Positions 19,612 to 30,754 are shown, counted from the stretch's first letter. The stretch is DNA of 64,000 nucleotides from an uncultured Alphaproteobacteria bacterium (GCA_949292205.1 CASEYR010000001.1:155530-219529), one strand, 5' to 3'. Notes: generated from the letters alone by a model not told the origin. A program made the numbers and translations.

Positions 19612-21378
19612 TTAACGAAGTTTTATATGCACTTCCCTTAGTTGTTTCTCTGTAACAGGTGCCGGTGCATGCATTAATAAATCTCGAGCCTGTTGATTGA
19701 ACGGGAAAGCAATGACTTCTCGAATATAGCTTTCATCCGTCATTAACATAACTAAACGGTCAAATCCAAAGGCTGCACCACCGTGTGGCGGAGCGCCATA
19801 TTGGAAAGCATGCAACAATCCGGAAAACTTCTCTTTTACAACCTCCGGACCATAGCCGACAATCTCAAACGCTTTGAACATAATATCCGGACGATGGTTA
19901 CGAATAGCTCCGGATAAAATTTCATAGCCGTTACAAACCATATCAAACTGATAAGCTCTGATTGTCAACGGATCTTGATTCAACAGCGCTTCCATTCCGC
20001 CTTGCGGCATAGAAAATGGATTGTGTGAAAACTCTAAAACACCGGTTTCTTCATTCAATTCATAGAATGGGAAGTCCGTAATCCAACAAAAACGGAAAGC
20101 ATTCTGTTCAATTAAATCTAACTCTTTACCCAATAAAGTGCGAACTGTTCCGGCAAATTTGACCGTCTTGCTTCCCTTACCGGAAATGAAGAAAATGCTA
20201 TCCCCTGTTTGAGCCCCTGTAATATCAATCAATTTTTGAATCCGGTCGGCATCCAAATTCTTGGCTATTGGTCCTTTGACTCCTTCTTCTGCCAATGTCA
20301 TATAACCAAGTCCACCCATTCCTTGTTCAACAGCAAAACCATTCATCTTGTCAAACCAACTACGTGGTTTTGAAGCTGTTCCTGGGGTTCGAATGGCACG
20401 AACAAATCCACCTTGGGCAACCATATTTGCAAATAATCCGAATGCTGCCCCCTCAAAAACTCCTGATACGTCTTTGATAACCAATGGATTGCGTAAATCC
20501 GGTTTATCCGTTCCATAGGTCAACATGGATTCCAAAAACGGAATTCGCACAAAAGATCTTTCAGAAAGAGTCATTTTGGGTGCAAATTGTTTGAATAAAT
20601 CTATCATCAAGTTTTCACCGACTTCAAAAATATCGTCCTGTGTTACAAATGACATTTCAAAATCAATCTGATAAAATTCACCGGGAGAACGATCTGCACG
20701 ACTGTCTTCATCCCGAAAACAAGGGGCTAATTGGAAATACCGATCAAATCCAGACACCATTAAAAGCTGTTTAAATTGTTGAGGAGCTTGCGGTAATGCA
20801 TAAAACTCTCCTTTATGAACCCGAGATGGAACCAAATAATCGCGGGCCCCTTCCGGACTGGATGACGTCAAAATCGGTGTCTGAAATTCATAAAAACCCA
20901 TATCCCACATCCGATCGCGAACAAACTTCGTCATTCTGTTACGCAATAAAATATTCGCATGTGGCTTTTCCCGACGCAAATCCAAGAAACGATAAGTTAA
21001 TCGTTGCTCCTCTGATAAATCCTCTGAATCGGCAACAATTTGGAACGGCAATGTTTCTGCTTCAGATTGAATAACAACAGATTCAACAGAAACTTCAACC
21101 TCACCCGTCGGCATTTTAGGATTAATTGTATTGGCATCACGTAAAACAACCTTACCTTCAACCGTAATAACGGATTCAGGACGGATTTTTTCAAGTGTTT
21201 GAAAAACCGGACTGGCTGTATCCAAAACACACTGCGTAATACCATAATTATCGCGCACATCCACAAACAATAAGTTGCCATGATCTCGTTTCCGATGAAC
21301 CCAGCCTGACAGTTTAACAGTCTGCCCCGCATCCGAAGCACGCAGAGCGCCACAGGTATGTGTACGATATTGATTCAT
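19612..21378 (-). CDS. aspS: aspartyl-tRNA synthetase
   Basis: Class II aaRS, N-terminal OB-fold, 588 aa. Confidence 0.95.
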   Translation of the reverse strand: MNQYRTHTCGALRASDAGQTVKLSGWVHRKRDHGNLLFVDVRDNYGITQCVLDTASPVFQTLEKIRPESVITVEGKVVLRDANTINPKMPTGEVEVSVESVVIQSEAETLPFQIVADSEDLSEEQRLTYRFLDLRREKPHANILLRNRMTKFVRDRMWDMGFYEFQTPILTSSSPEGARDYLVPSRVHKGEFYALPQAPQQFKQLLMVSGFDRYFQLAPCFRDEDSRADRSPGEFYQIDFEMSFVTQDDIFEVGENLMIDLFKQFAPKMTLSERSFVRIPFLESMLTYGTDKPDLRNPLVIKDVSGVFEGAAFGLFANMVAQGGFVRAIRTPGTASKPRSWFDKMNGFAVEQGMGGLGYMTLAEEGVKGPIAKNLDADRIQKLIDITGAQTGDSIFFISGKGSKTVKFAGTVRTLLGKELDLIEQNAFRFCWITDFPFYELNEETGVLEFSHNPFSMPQGGMEALLNQDPLTIRAYQFDMVCNGYEILSGAIRNHRPDIMFKAFEIVGYGPEVVKEKFSGLLHAFQYGAPPHGGAAFGFDRLVMLMTDESYIREVIAFPFNQQARDLLMHAPAPVTEKQLREVHIKLR

Positions 21379-21450
21379 AAAAAAATCTCCTAATTAAAAA
21401 AATTCAACGGCAGTTAGCCTACAACAATTTCCTGCCAAATGCAAGACAAA

Positions 21451-22122
21451 TCAAATAAAAATCCGGATAAAAATTAAAGTTTGTTGAAGAAGTGTATGTA
21501 AAAAGTATCCAATCCCTTTTGGACCATAGCAAGCAAAAGAAAATAAAATACCGTAAGAAATTAAATTGGCCCCAGGTAAAAACAATAAACTGAATAAATA
21601 TCCGGCAACTTTAAAGTCTGTTTGCTTGGGATGAATCTCAAGTAATGTTGAGGCAATATGATATCCTGTCATAACACCAAATACCGCCCAATACTGATTA
21701 GGCAAAGGCTCTTTAAGCCAATCATAAAAAAAGCTTCCCATCATAACTAAAACGGCAAATGTCGGAAAAAAATAGGGCGCTAATGCAATCAACCAATTTC
21801 CTCGACCTTTAAATGAAAAAGAACCTCCAACACCCTGATTTATCTCTATGTTCTTTGGTGAATGGAATGTTAATACGGCAAATAACATATGTGTTGCTTC
21901 ATGTTCAAAAATAGACAGAAATGAACCATAAAATCCAGACACCATAAACCATGCTACAATAACCACAAGCATTGGCAGGAAAAACCACGCCAAAACAAGC
22001 CGATTTAAACCCTCTTGGAGAATAAGCACATCCGTTTTAAAAGCCGGTAAAAGCAATAAAACCATTAGGAACGCTATCGGCCATTTCAAAAAATCTAAAA
22101 CTTTGTTAATCAACTGTTGCAT
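21451..22122 (-). CDS. polytopic membrane protein with HExxH motif (putative zincin-like membrane metalloprotease); start trimmed to the Met at 22122
   Basis: FEHEATHMLFAV inside a hydrophobic protein; the longer ORF-track start would overlap the upstream gene by 70 nt. Confidence 0.45.
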   Translation of the reverse strand: MQQLINKVLDFLKWPIAFLMVLLLLPAFKTDVLILQEGLNRLVLAWFFLPMLVVIVAWFMVSGFYGSFLSIFEHEATHMLFAVLTFHSPKNIEINQGVGGSFSFKGRGNWLIALAPYFFPTFAVLVMMGSFFYDWLKEPLPNQYWAVFGVMTGYHIASTLLEIHPKQTDFKVAGYLFSLLFLPGANLISYGILFSFACYGPKGIGYFLHTLLQQTLIFIRIFI

Positions 22123-22804
22123 TATTAACCTCTTGGATAGTAATCTGACCGAACAGTGCCGTATCAAAAGCCGCATAGACTAATTTACGATTCTTAGCGT
22201 AACGGGTTTCATTAAAGTATAGATGAAGCGGTGGTGAAGATTTATCCTTCATTCTATTAAAGAACCATCCCTTTTTCTTACCGACCAGAATATCAACAGT
22301 TACGGTATAATACTGTAATTTCAAATCATCAGAATAACCAATTTCAGAACCGGAAACAATCCCCTCATATTGAAAGGTAATCTTGAGTGTTCTTTTTCCA
22401 TCAAAAACAATGTAGTCTTTTGTCTGTGGATGGTTATCCAACAATCTATCTAAAAAAACAGAGGGATAATCCAACTGATTTTTTTTATCATTAAAGGTTA
22501 AATTACGGCGTTTAATACGATCTCCATTAATTGTTTCCATATAAGATTCAATGACTTTTGGTTCTTTGTTTTTCCAAATTCCTCGGCTGTTAAAGACTGA
22601 CTCTGAATCAACCAAAAAAGACAATAACCCACGCGTTTGGGTTGTTAGCCGTATCTGATATTCCTGAGGTGTTGTTGTATAATCAACCGTTGCATCCATA
22701 AGATGCATCCCTGCCCCAAAAGCTTGGTAGGAAACAACCTCGGCCCGAGCCGAAATTGAAAATAAAAAACAACATAAATATAAAAAAAAGATTTTCATTT
22801 GCAC
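22106..22804 (-). CDS. secreted hypothetical protein (signal peptide)
   Basis: N-terminal signal MQMKIFFLYLCCFLFSISARA; co-directional and overlapping with the downstream membrane protein gene. Confidence 0.5.
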   Translation of the reverse strand: MQMKIFFLYLCCFLFSISARAEVVSYQAFGAGMHLMDATVDYTTTPQEYQIRLTTQTRGLLSFLVDSESVFNSRGIWKNKEPKVIESYMETINGDRIKRRNLTFNDKKNQLDYPSVFLDRLLDNHPQTKDYIVFDGKRTLKITFQYEGIVSGSEIGYSDDLKLQYYTVTVDILVGKKKGWFFNRMKDKSSPPLHLYFNETRYAKNRKLVYAAFDTALFGQITIQEVNNATVD

Positions 22805-22857
22805 TTCCTTTTGATAAACTAGCCTAAAATAACAAAAAAAGAAAGGAATATTTACAC

Positions 22858-24015
22858 ATGGAACAAATTTTTGTTTTGGGATTGCTATTTATTGTCTTAG
22901 CTTTGGTTCTCTTGATGATTGTTAAAATTAATGCGTTGGAAAAAACACCCTCAATTAATGGAAACTTAGAGCGATTGGAACGAATGATGCATTCAGACAC
23001 CAGTGATTTACGACGTGAGTTGGGTCAATCTTTGATTCAATTTAACGATTCTATTCGTCGAACGGTTGAGGAGCGTATGGATAAATTACGATCTGAAAAT
23101 ACAGAAAAATTAGAACAAATGCGTGCTACCGTTGATGAAAAATTACACACCACTTTAGAAAAAAGGTTGGGTGAATCATTTGCTTTGGTTTCTGAGCGAT
23201 TGGAAAAGGTGCATCAAGGATTGGGGGAAATGCAAACTTTAGCGACTGATGTCGGTGGATTAAAACGCGTTTTAACCAACGTTAAAACGCGAGGGACTTG
23301 GGGGGAGGTACAACTTGGAAATTTATTAGAGCAAATGCTTTCCCCAGAACAATTCATTAAAAATGCTCACATCAAAGAAAACTCTTCTGAGGTTGTTGAG
23401 TTTGCCGTAAAATTACCGGATGGAGATGTTTTAATTCCGATTGATTCCAAATTTCCGATGGAAGACTACGATCGTTTAGTTCAAGCAGCCGATCAGGCCG
23501 ATGCTTCTTTAGTGGAAAGTGCTTCAATTGAGCTAGAAAAACGCATTAAAACGGAGGCAAAAAGAATCTCGGATAAATATGTTTATCCTCCAAAAACGAC
23601 CGATTTTGGTATTATGTTTTTACCAACCGAGGGGTTATATGCCGAAATTATGCGCCGTCCAGGATTAGCTGCCGAAATTCAAAATAAATTCAGGATATCT
23701 ATCGCAGGACCCAGTACTCTGGGCGCTTTCTTAAACTCACTTCAAATGGGATTCAGAACACTGGCTATTCAAAAAAGATCCGGTGAAGTTTGGCAAGTTC
23801 TTAATGAGGCAAAAACAGAGTTTGAAAAATATGCTCTGTGGGTTGAAAAAGTCAAACGAAACATTGAACAAGCTCATAAAACTTTAGATGAAGCTGAAAC
23901 ACGGACAAGAGCCGTCAATCGAAAACTACGCTCGGTTGAAGGAAATATTCAAACACAAGCTCCTCTAAATCAGGTAGCGACAAATTTACTTGAACACAAA
24001 GAAGATGAGAATTAG
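22858..24015 (+). CDS. rmuC: DNA recombination protein RmuC
   Basis: N-terminal TM, long coiled coil, RmuC-domain motif IPIDSKFPMEDY. Confidence 0.8.
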   Translation: MEQIFVLGLLFIVLALVLLMIVKINALEKTPSINGNLERLERMMHSDTSDLRRELGQSLIQFNDSIRRTVEERMDKLRSENTEKLEQMRATVDEKLHTTLEKRLGESFALVSERLEKVHQGLGEMQTLATDVGGLKRVLTNVKTRGTWGEVQLGNLLEQMLSPEQFIKNAHIKENSSEVVEFAVKLPDGDVLIPIDSKFPMEDYDRLVQAADQADASLVESASIELEKRIKTEAKRISDKYVYPPKTTDFGIMFLPTEGLYAEIMRRPGLAAEIQNKFRISIAGPSTLGAFLNSLQMGFRTLAIQKRSGEVWQVLNEAKTEFEKYALWVEKVKRNIEQAHKTLDEAETRTRAVNRKLRSVEGNIQTQAPLNQVATNLLEHKEDEN

Positions 24016-24608
24016 TTTTTAGGTGGATAACCAATCGCCTGTGTAACAATAACAAATTCTTCTGCCGGCAGGTCAAGGGCTTGAGCTATTTTCACCTTTT
24101 CACGTGGCATTCTAACAACTGAATTTAATCCGGCAGAGACTGCATACAACCCGACATTCTGATAGGCAGAACCTGCATGTAACGGAGAGTTTGTTTTATC
24201 ACTGCCCGTATATACTAAAATTAACGGGACTGTCTTCATATAATCCTGCGTTACAAACAAAGAGCGAACATCTGTTTTTGAAATTTGTATTAATTCATGA
24301 GTTACAGCTTGATAAAGAAAAACACCGTTTGGTAATATCGCATAAACATTCATATTTTGGCGATTCATAGATGTTGGAATCGTTCTCTTGTTATCACCCG
24401 ATATTCCAAATGCCACAAATAAAATATCTGACAGTGTCTGATTATCTGGTACTTGAGAATCAAACTGACGAATAGAACGACGTTCACGAATGGTATCTAA
24501 CAACGGCTTTCCACCCTGAGCTATAGGGGGCGGCAATTTTATATTTTCTGCATAAACAATCTTCGATATCAAAGAAATTCCCAATAAAAGAGCAAAACAG
24601 ATTCTCAT
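24012..24608 (-). CDS. nitroreductase-family protein with signal peptide
   Basis: RRSIRQF motif; N-terminal Sec signal. Confidence 0.6.
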   Translation of the reverse strand: MRICFALLLGISLISKIVYAENIKLPPPIAQGGKPLLDTIRERRSIRQFDSQVPDNQTLSDILFVAFGISGDNKRTIPTSMNRQNMNVYAILPNGVFLYQAVTHELIQISKTDVRSLFVTQDYMKTVPLILVYTGSDKTNSPLHAGSAYQNVGLYAVSAGLNSVVRMPREKVKIAQALDLPAEEFVIVTQAIGYPPKN

Positions 24609-24676
24609 AAAACAACCTCCTTATCTTTTATGATAGAGCGTAGTTTAAGGCAGTACAATAAAAAAATCAAGAGTTA

Positions 24677-25126
24677 TTAAGCTGAGCGATCAGAACGCGA
24701 TCTCAAAAGAGTAAGTTTTTCTCTATTTAAATCCTTTAATACAAAATTTACAGAAGGATATTTTTTTTGTAATATATCATACTGAATCTCTCTGCGAGAT
24801 AACGTATTATAACGATAAACTATTTTTCCGAGAAAAGTCAGTGTCTTTATCAGATCCTGATGAATACATGTTGGAATCCGATCGTTATTTAAAGACATAA
24901 CTTGCTGTCCCGAATGAACACGCGAACGAATTAATCCATTTTCTCGTAAATAAGCGGGTATTGTTTGTATAGCCCAGCCATATAATTGCAATCTAGTAAA
25001 ATTAAGATTAGGTCTATCTATTATACCATTCTTCTTTTGAGCCGACATACCAGATCCAAGAGATGATGTTGTTTCTTGAATCATTCCTTCAATATAACCA
25101 CGCAACTCAGGTGTTAAACGAGCCAT
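24677..25126 (-). CDS. hypothetical protein
   Basis: ORF only. Confidence 0.4.
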   Translation of the reverse strand: MARLTPELRGYIEGMIQETTSSLGSGMSAQKKNGIIDRPNLNFTRLQLYGWAIQTIPAYLRENGLIRSRVHSGQQVMSLNNDRIPTCIHQDLIKTLTFLGKIVYRYNTLSRREIQYDILQKKYPSVNFVLKDLNREKLTLLRSRSDRSA

Positions 25127-25184
25127 TTCTTCCTCCTTTTGATACTTCTAATGATATATCATAAAAGAAAAAAAGTCAAGATCT

Positions 25185-26138
25185 TTACTTGTATGCTGCC
25201 CGTCGGATACGATCGTTAATTGCTAATCCTAAACCAACTTCCGGAATGGGGGCTATCGCAATTCTTGGAAACACAGTCTGTTCATCTGCTTGATGCAAAT
25301 AATCAAATAAATGAGAGGCTGCCTCATTTAAATCCCCAGAGTGACTCAAATTCAAGTGCGCTTCTGGACCGATTTCACCAAAACCGATAAAAAATTCATC
25401 GGCTTCCGGATGTATCGCATTGATACGCAGTGCATGTGAAGGGGCATAATGCTTTAACATTTGACCGGGAGAGCTTGGCAATTTCGGATTGCCATGAGAG
25501 AGCAAAACGGGCTCATGTAAAAATAATTCCAAGTCTTCTTTTGATACACCACCCGGACGCAGTATTACTATGTCTTTACCCGTTACATCAATGATTGTTG
25601 ATTCTACACCGACGGAACATGCCCCTCCATCCAAAATCATATCAACCCGAGTACCTAAACTTTGCCAAACATGTTCAGCCGTTGTCGGACTAATCGTTTG
25701 TGATCGGTTGGCTGAGGGGGCAACTATTGGTACTCCTGCTGCTTGAATTAAAGCCAAAGCAACGGGATGTTTGGGCATCCGAACGGTTACCGTGGGTAAT
25801 CCCGCACACGCTAAATCTAACGATGAAGACATATCTTTTCTTTTTAATACAAAAGTTAAAGGTCCCGGCCAAAAATATTTAGCTAAAGCTATAACACGCT
25901 CGTCAGTTTCAGCATATTGAGATAAAAAATCAATCTCAGATATGTGAGAGATCAGCGGGTTAAATGTCGGCCTATTCTTAGCTTCAAAAATACGGGCAAC
26001 GGCATGGGCATTATATGCCGAAGCTCCCAACCCATAAACCGTTTCGGTTGGCATAACAACTAGCCCGCCTTTTTGTATTATGGAGGCACCTTGTTCAATA
26101 TGTTCCGGAGTTGCATCAAAGATGTATTCATTTTTCAT
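25185..26138 (-). CDS. tsaC: L-threonylcarbamoyladenylate synthase (Sua5/TsaC with Sua5 C-domain)
   Basis: YrdC motif MPTETVYGLGA; 317 aa two-domain form. Confidence 0.85.
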   Translation of the reverse strand: MKNEYIFDATPEHIEQGASIIQKGGLVVMPTETVYGLGASAYNAHAVARIFEAKNRPTFNPLISHISEIDFLSQYAETDERVIALAKYFWPGPLTFVLKRKDMSSSLDLACAGLPTVTVRMPKHPVALALIQAAGVPIVAPSANRSQTISPTTAEHVWQSLGTRVDMILDGGACSVGVESTIIDVTGKDIVILRPGGVSKEDLELFLHEPVLLSHGNPKLPSSPGQMLKHYAPSHALRINAIHPEADEFFIGFGEIGPEAHLNLSHSGDLNEAASHLFDYLHQADEQTVFPRIAIAPIPEVGLGLAINDRIRRAAYK

Positions 26139-28098
26139 TTTGATCCTGCTTTACTATTTGATGATAGCGATTATCTGCTTCCTTCTTAAACTCCTCTATG
26201 CCGTAATTATCCCAATCTAGAATAAGCATCTGGTCATCATAGCGAACGATAGAGGCAAAATCTTTTCGGTTATCAAATGCGCGATAAACACGATATGGAC
26301 TAATTTGAATCAAATCTGCCACCCAATAACGATGCGTCGTCGGAATAAAATTAGTCTTATAGGTTGTATCTTTTTCTAAATCAGGATGATATTCTAAAAT
26401 ATCATACTGATCTATCCGTTGAATATATGATTTTAGCTTTTCAACTGCTGGATTTTTTTGAGCAACTCGATTGATATGCTTCATTAAATCCTCATCAATT
26501 ACGAAGAAGTAATTACTATATTTTTCAGAGATATAACCTGATAAAATTTGTTCACGAACCGTATTAATTAACTCATGCGTCTTTCGTGAAGGGCGATTCA
26601 AAAATCCATAATTAATGTTTTTGTGATTTTTAATTGCCCAGCGCCAAATCCCTGCATAATTCAAATTATGTGCAAAAATAAAGGCATTGTCATATTGATT
26701 TGCCAAACGATCCCACTCTTTTGATTTTAAAGGATAGATATATGGCGTTGTATTAACAACAAAACTCTGTTTCATTTTATAAGTCGGATATAAATCCCAA
26801 ATTTGAATTAACAATATTATCGGTAAAATCAACCATGCTTTTTTAGGAAAGTGAACACCGACTGTTTTTATTAAATAAAATGCTAACAGATACCAAACCG
26901 GCCAGAAGAAACGACCTGAGTAGCGAAACACACTACCTAACCAATCAATAACGCTTCCCGGTTTATAGTCTAAAACAACAGTGTTCCCAAATTTTATTTG
27001 AGATGATAAGGCAAAAAGAGTGAAGCCAAGCAATAAAAGAGATAACATCCAATTTTTTTTCAGGTTTTCACGTCGAAATAAATCTTTCACATACGGGAAG
27101 AAAAATAACAATAGTAGTAACAAACCAAATCCGAAATAATTATCGGCATCAAAATCTGCTTTTGGGGTTAATTTATTAAAAACTTGCGACTGACTCCAAA
27201 TCGGATTGAATAATGCAGTTAAATTCAACCCTAAACTACGCCATCCACCGCTGGCAATCTCTTGTTCGGTTGTCATCATTCCCAGTAAATAAAACCAAAC
27301 CAAAAAGACGGCAGCAAGCATCATAATACCCTTACATAGGGTTTTCAAGGAAACTTTTTTTTCAACAAAAACTTGTTTGTAAAACAGGAGCGCAAAAAAT
27401 CCGGCTTGCATCGGTAAAAAATAGGGACAAGTCAAAATCCCTAATGAAATTAAAACAGCCATATAAAACCATTCTTTATTTCCCAACCGATTATTCATCC
27501 ACATCAAAATAGCAAACAATAAAATAAAATGCGGCATCAAATTAATATGCACAAAAACACGCATCATCATAATCGGTGCCGATACAAAAAATAAGGCACC
27601 TATCGTGATTAACCATTTGCTTTTAAAAGCATGTCGAAAAATTAATACAGATACATATGCCTGTAAAATATATGAAATCAACATCCAAATCCCGACAAAT
27701 TGTACCTCTGGGCTTAAACCAAAAACAGTGTGCAACAATTTAAAAATAACAGATAAAAGCGGTCCTCCGTCTGTTCCATGCACCGAAATGCCATAAGGAT
27801 ATGCTAAATTCATATGTGTGAAAATCGGCCAGCGCCACTCATCCATTCGATAGAGAACGCTCCCCATATATGAAACTGAAAAATCTCCTCCTTTAGAAAC
27901 AAGACCAATGTTATAAATATCTAAAACGCTCAGACCAAAAAGCCAAAAAAATCCCATCAAGGTGATAGTCATCGTTAGGGCGATATCCCAATTACCTCTT
28001 AGCCAGTCCGCCATTTTTAAAATTCGTTTTAATATCGGATCCGGCAATTGATAAAATCTGTCTTGGATAATATTTAGATAAGTTTTTTTGTTTTTCAT
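26128..28098 (-). CDS. large polytopic membrane protein, GT-C-fold glycosyltransferase-like (about 12 TM plus C-terminal soluble domain)
   Basis: Hydrophobicity pattern; overlaps the start of the downstream GT2 gene. Confidence 0.45.
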   Translation of the reverse strand: MKNKKTYLNIIQDRFYQLPDPILKRILKMADWLRGNWDIALTMTITLMGFFWLFGLSVLDIYNIGLVSKGGDFSVSYMGSVLYRMDEWRWPIFTHMNLAYPYGISVHGTDGGPLLSVIFKLLHTVFGLSPEVQFVGIWMLISYILQAYVSVLIFRHAFKSKWLITIGALFFVSAPIMMMRVFVHINLMPHFILLFAILMWMNNRLGNKEWFYMAVLISLGILTCPYFLPMQAGFFALLFYKQVFVEKKVSLKTLCKGIMMLAAVFLVWFYLLGMMTTEQEIASGGWRSLGLNLTALFNPIWSQSQVFNKLTPKADFDADNYFGFGLLLLLLFFFPYVKDLFRRENLKKNWMLSLLLLGFTLFALSSQIKFGNTVVLDYKPGSVIDWLGSVFRYSGRFFWPVWYLLAFYLIKTVGVHFPKKAWLILPIILLIQIWDLYPTYKMKQSFVVNTTPYIYPLKSKEWDRLANQYDNAFIFAHNLNYAGIWRWAIKNHKNINYGFLNRPSRKTHELINTVREQILSGYISEKYSNYFFVIDEDLMKHINRVAQKNPAVEKLKSYIQRIDQYDILEYHPDLEKDTTYKTNFIPTTHRYWVADLIQISPYRVYRAFDNRKDFASIVRYDDQMLILDWDNYGIEEFKKEADNRYHQIVKQDQNEK

Positions 28099-28099
28099 T

Positions 28100-29038
28100 T
28101 TAATCCTTTATTTTTAAAGTCGTTTTTGATACTATATACTGTGGTCTGTGCTTTGTTTCCATAAAAATCATACCAATATATTCGCCAATTACACCCATAA
28201 CAAAAAGCTGCACCCCACCTAAAATCAAGACAACCCCCATTAATGAGGACCATCCGGAAATAACAGAGCCATTAAATAAACGCATATATAAAACATATGC
28301 TGTAAATAAACACCCCAAAAATGCAACAAATAGCCCCAAATAAATAACAATACGCAATGGTTTTAAACTAAATGAAACAGCACCTGTTGCCGCCAAAGAA
28401 AGCATTTTTCCGAAAGTATAACTGCTTTGTCCATTCAACCGCTTGTCCGGTGTATAAACTAATCCTTTTTGTGTAAATCCAATCCAAGAAATCATACCCC
28501 TCAAAAACAACATTCGTTCGGGTAAATCTTTAATTTTATCAACAACTTTTCTATCTAACAGCCGAAAATCTGCCGATCCTGCCGGCAATTTTAATCCAGT
28601 TAAAAAATTAAAAAAACGGTAAAATAGTCGAGAGGAAAATTTCTTAAAGAAAGATTCATTTTTTGTTTCTTGACGAATTGTATACACAATATCATTTCCA
28701 TTTTCCCACTCGCAAATCATTGTGGGTATCAAGGATACGGGATGTTGTAAATCTGCATCCATTGAAATCACGCAGTCCCCTTTTGCCACATCTAATCCTG
28801 CTTTTAAGGCATACTGATGACCAAAATTACGTGTGAAAGAAATAAAATGAACATTTTGATCTAAATGATGCAGAGTTTCCGCAACGTGTTCCGTTTCATC
28901 AGTACTACCATCATTTACAATGATGATTTCATATAGCCCTATTCTTTTTAGAGCGACCGTTAATTGCTGAATTAAAACAGGTAAATTATCCTGTTCATTA
29001 AATGCCGGTATCACAACAGAAATCAGTTTTGGTTTCAT
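28100..29038 (-). CDS. polyprenol-phosphate glycosyltransferase, GT2 family (GtrB/ArnC/DPM1-like)
   Basis: VIPAFNE ... DGSTD ... DADLQHP motifs, two C-terminal TM helices. Confidence 0.8.
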   Translation of the reverse strand: MKPKLISVVIPAFNEQDNLPVLIQQLTVALKRIGLYEIIIVNDGSTDETEHVAETLHHLDQNVHFISFTRNFGHQYALKAGLDVAKGDCVISMDADLQHPVSLIPTMICEWENGNDIVYTIRQETKNESFFKKFSSRLFYRFFNFLTGLKLPAGSADFRLLDRKVVDKIKDLPERMLFLRGMISWIGFTQKGLVYTPDKRLNGQSSYTFGKMLSLAATGAVSFSLKPLRIVIYLGLFVAFLGCLFTAYVLYMRLFNGSVISGWSSLMGVVLILGGVQLFVMGVIGEYIGMIFMETKHRPQYIVSKTTLKIKD

Positions 29039-29083
29039 GGTATCTTTCCTTTATTTTTTCTTTTACTTTATTCATAACCAAAA

Positions 29084-29120
29084 GTAAAGAAAAAAAACGG
29101 CTCCTAAAAGAGCCGTTGCT
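29084..29120. terminator. terminator hairpin downstream of ferredoxin gene
   Basis: aaaaaaaacggctcctaaaagagccgtt with flanking A/T runs. Confidence 0.5.
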
Positions 29121-29135
29121 ATTTTCTGTGTTAAA

Positions 29136-29369
29136 TTAAGCCTCAGGCCACTCTGTGGCTTTTTCCTCATTGAATTTAACCCACTTTTCATCAGCCTCAT
29201 CAGATGAGCTGATAGCACCTTGCGGGCATTCTGAAATACAAACACCGCAATCTATACACACATTTGGATCTACAACAACTTGTGTTGAGCCTTCACGAAA
29301 CGCTCCGACAGGACAAACCTCTACACAAGATTTACATAAAACACATGAATCATTTACAACTGATGGCAT
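29136..29369 (-). CDS. fdxA: 2x[4Fe-4S] ferredoxin
   Basis: CVLCKSCVEVCP and CIDCGVCISECP motifs. Confidence 0.8.
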   Translation of the reverse strand: MPSVVNDSCVLCKSCVEVCPVGAFREGSTQVVVDPNVCIDCGVCISECPQGAISSSDEADEKWVKFNEEKATEWPEA

Positions 29370-29500
29370 TTTTTTCTCCTTCTAAAAAAAATCACAATCT
29401 GTTCTTACTCGTTTTTAAGACGAAAAGCAAGTGTTTTTTTATTTGACTTTCTAAATAACATATTTTAGTATAACGGAACCGGGATATTGAAAGGAAAAAT

Positions 29501-29869
29501 ATGACTGTTTTATATCAAGTTGGTGATAAAGATTCTCGTCCATGGGGAACATGGGAAGTGATTGGCGTCGGCAAAAACTATATTGTAAAAAAAATTTGCG
29601 TTGAAGCTGGACAAACCTTATCTCTACAAATGCATCATTATCGAGATGAACACTGGATTATTGTATCCGGAACGGCGGAAGTTACTTTAGATGAACAGAT
29701 ATATGAAGCACATCAAAACACCCCTATCTTTATTAAAGCAGGGCAAAAGCACCGTATTGCGAATAAAACAAAAGATCCTGTTGTTTTTATTGAAGTTCAA
29801 ACAGGTAATACACTAGATGAAAGTGATATTGTTCGCTTTGAAGATAAATATGGTCGACAAACTTTGTAA
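29501..29869 (+). CDS. cupin-domain protein (type II phosphomannose-isomerase-like C-terminal cupin)
   Basis: Cupin motif region GQTLSLQMHHYRDEHWIIVSG. Confidence 0.55.
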   Translation: MTVLYQVGDKDSRPWGTWEVIGVGKNYIVKKICVEAGQTLSLQMHHYRDEHWIIVSGTAEVTLDEQIYEAHQNTPIFIKAGQKHRIANKTKDPVVFIEVQTGNTLDESDIVRFEDKYGRQTL

Positions 29870-29924
29870 AGTAAGAATAAAATAGTTTTAAAAAATATAT
29901 AAACCAAAATCTGAATTTAATCTT

Positions 29925-30743
29925 CTACATTTCAGAACGAAGAATGGACGGCAATCCCCACATTTTTTCTTTTTGATCAATAGGTTGATGTAATAGAGCA
30001 TAGCGGTTAATCATTATTCCCAATGGGTTCATCAATGAAGGCGATCCGTTAAATCCGGCACGAATAAACACTTTATATCGTTTTCGCCCTATGTTGTTTT
30101 TTTGCTTACACTCTAAACATTCTCTGGTATTATCCGAACATTGACATAATGGGTTAAACATATCCGGTATCGGCATATCAAACACCTCAAAAATCCCCTC
30201 CCACATACCGCTGGGGGTTTGCTTTAAATCGTATAAATGAACATCTTTTACTACTTTTTTTGAGCGAGACTCATTAAAGGCATTCACATACTCTAGAGAA
30301 AATTGTTTATAGACATTTGGTGATGAGTAGACTGAAACAGGTCCTCCCCTACCCCAACGTGATTCTTGAACTTCTTGATCCCAAACCACACTATGGCGAT
30401 TGATAACATAATCTCGTAGTGCAGACTCCATCATCAACTGTAATGCCGATACACTAATCCTATCATGTTCCGAAGCCTGTATTACTTTACGTTCGGGATC
30501 TATCATATATAAATTAACCACTTTTTGATTTGCGACAGAAACATCTAACCGTGCGGCTAAATAAACAAAAATACCAGATAAGGCAAGCATAATCCCCATA
30601 TTTAAAAAAGTCGCTACAGCAAGAATGCGTGTCGTTCTTAAATAACGACGCTCGGGAATTGCAGAAATTTGAATCCGCTCTGGATATGCTTCTAAAACAT
30701 CTGTTTCGTCCGTACCTTCGGTTTTCTTTCTTTTAAAAAACAT
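29925..30743 (-). CDS. VirB8-family-like protein (orphan): N-terminal cytoplasmic tail, one TM, periplasmic domain
   Basis: Topology plus C-terminal NPLG motif (SLMNPLGIMINRY) as in the VirB8 NPxG motif. Confidence 0.35.
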   Translation of the reverse strand: MFFKRKKTEGTDETDVLEAYPERIQISAIPERRYLRTTRILAVATFLNMGIMLALSGIFVYLAARLDVSVANQKVVNLYMIDPERKVIQASEHDRISVSALQLMMESALRDYVINRHSVVWDQEVQESRWGRGGPVSVYSSPNVYKQFSLEYVNAFNESRSKKVVKDVHLYDLKQTPSGMWEGIFEVFDMPIPDMFNPLCQCSDNTRECLECKQKNNIGRKRYKVFIRAGFNGSPSLMNPLGIMINRYALLHQPIDQKEKMWGLPSILRSEM

Positions 30744-30754
30744 ACGCCCCCCGT

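Noticed and set aside
29136-29369. Ferredoxin as partner of the hydrogenase-like protein
   Set aside because: The two genes are 22 kb apart with unrelated neighbours; there is no linkage evidence.
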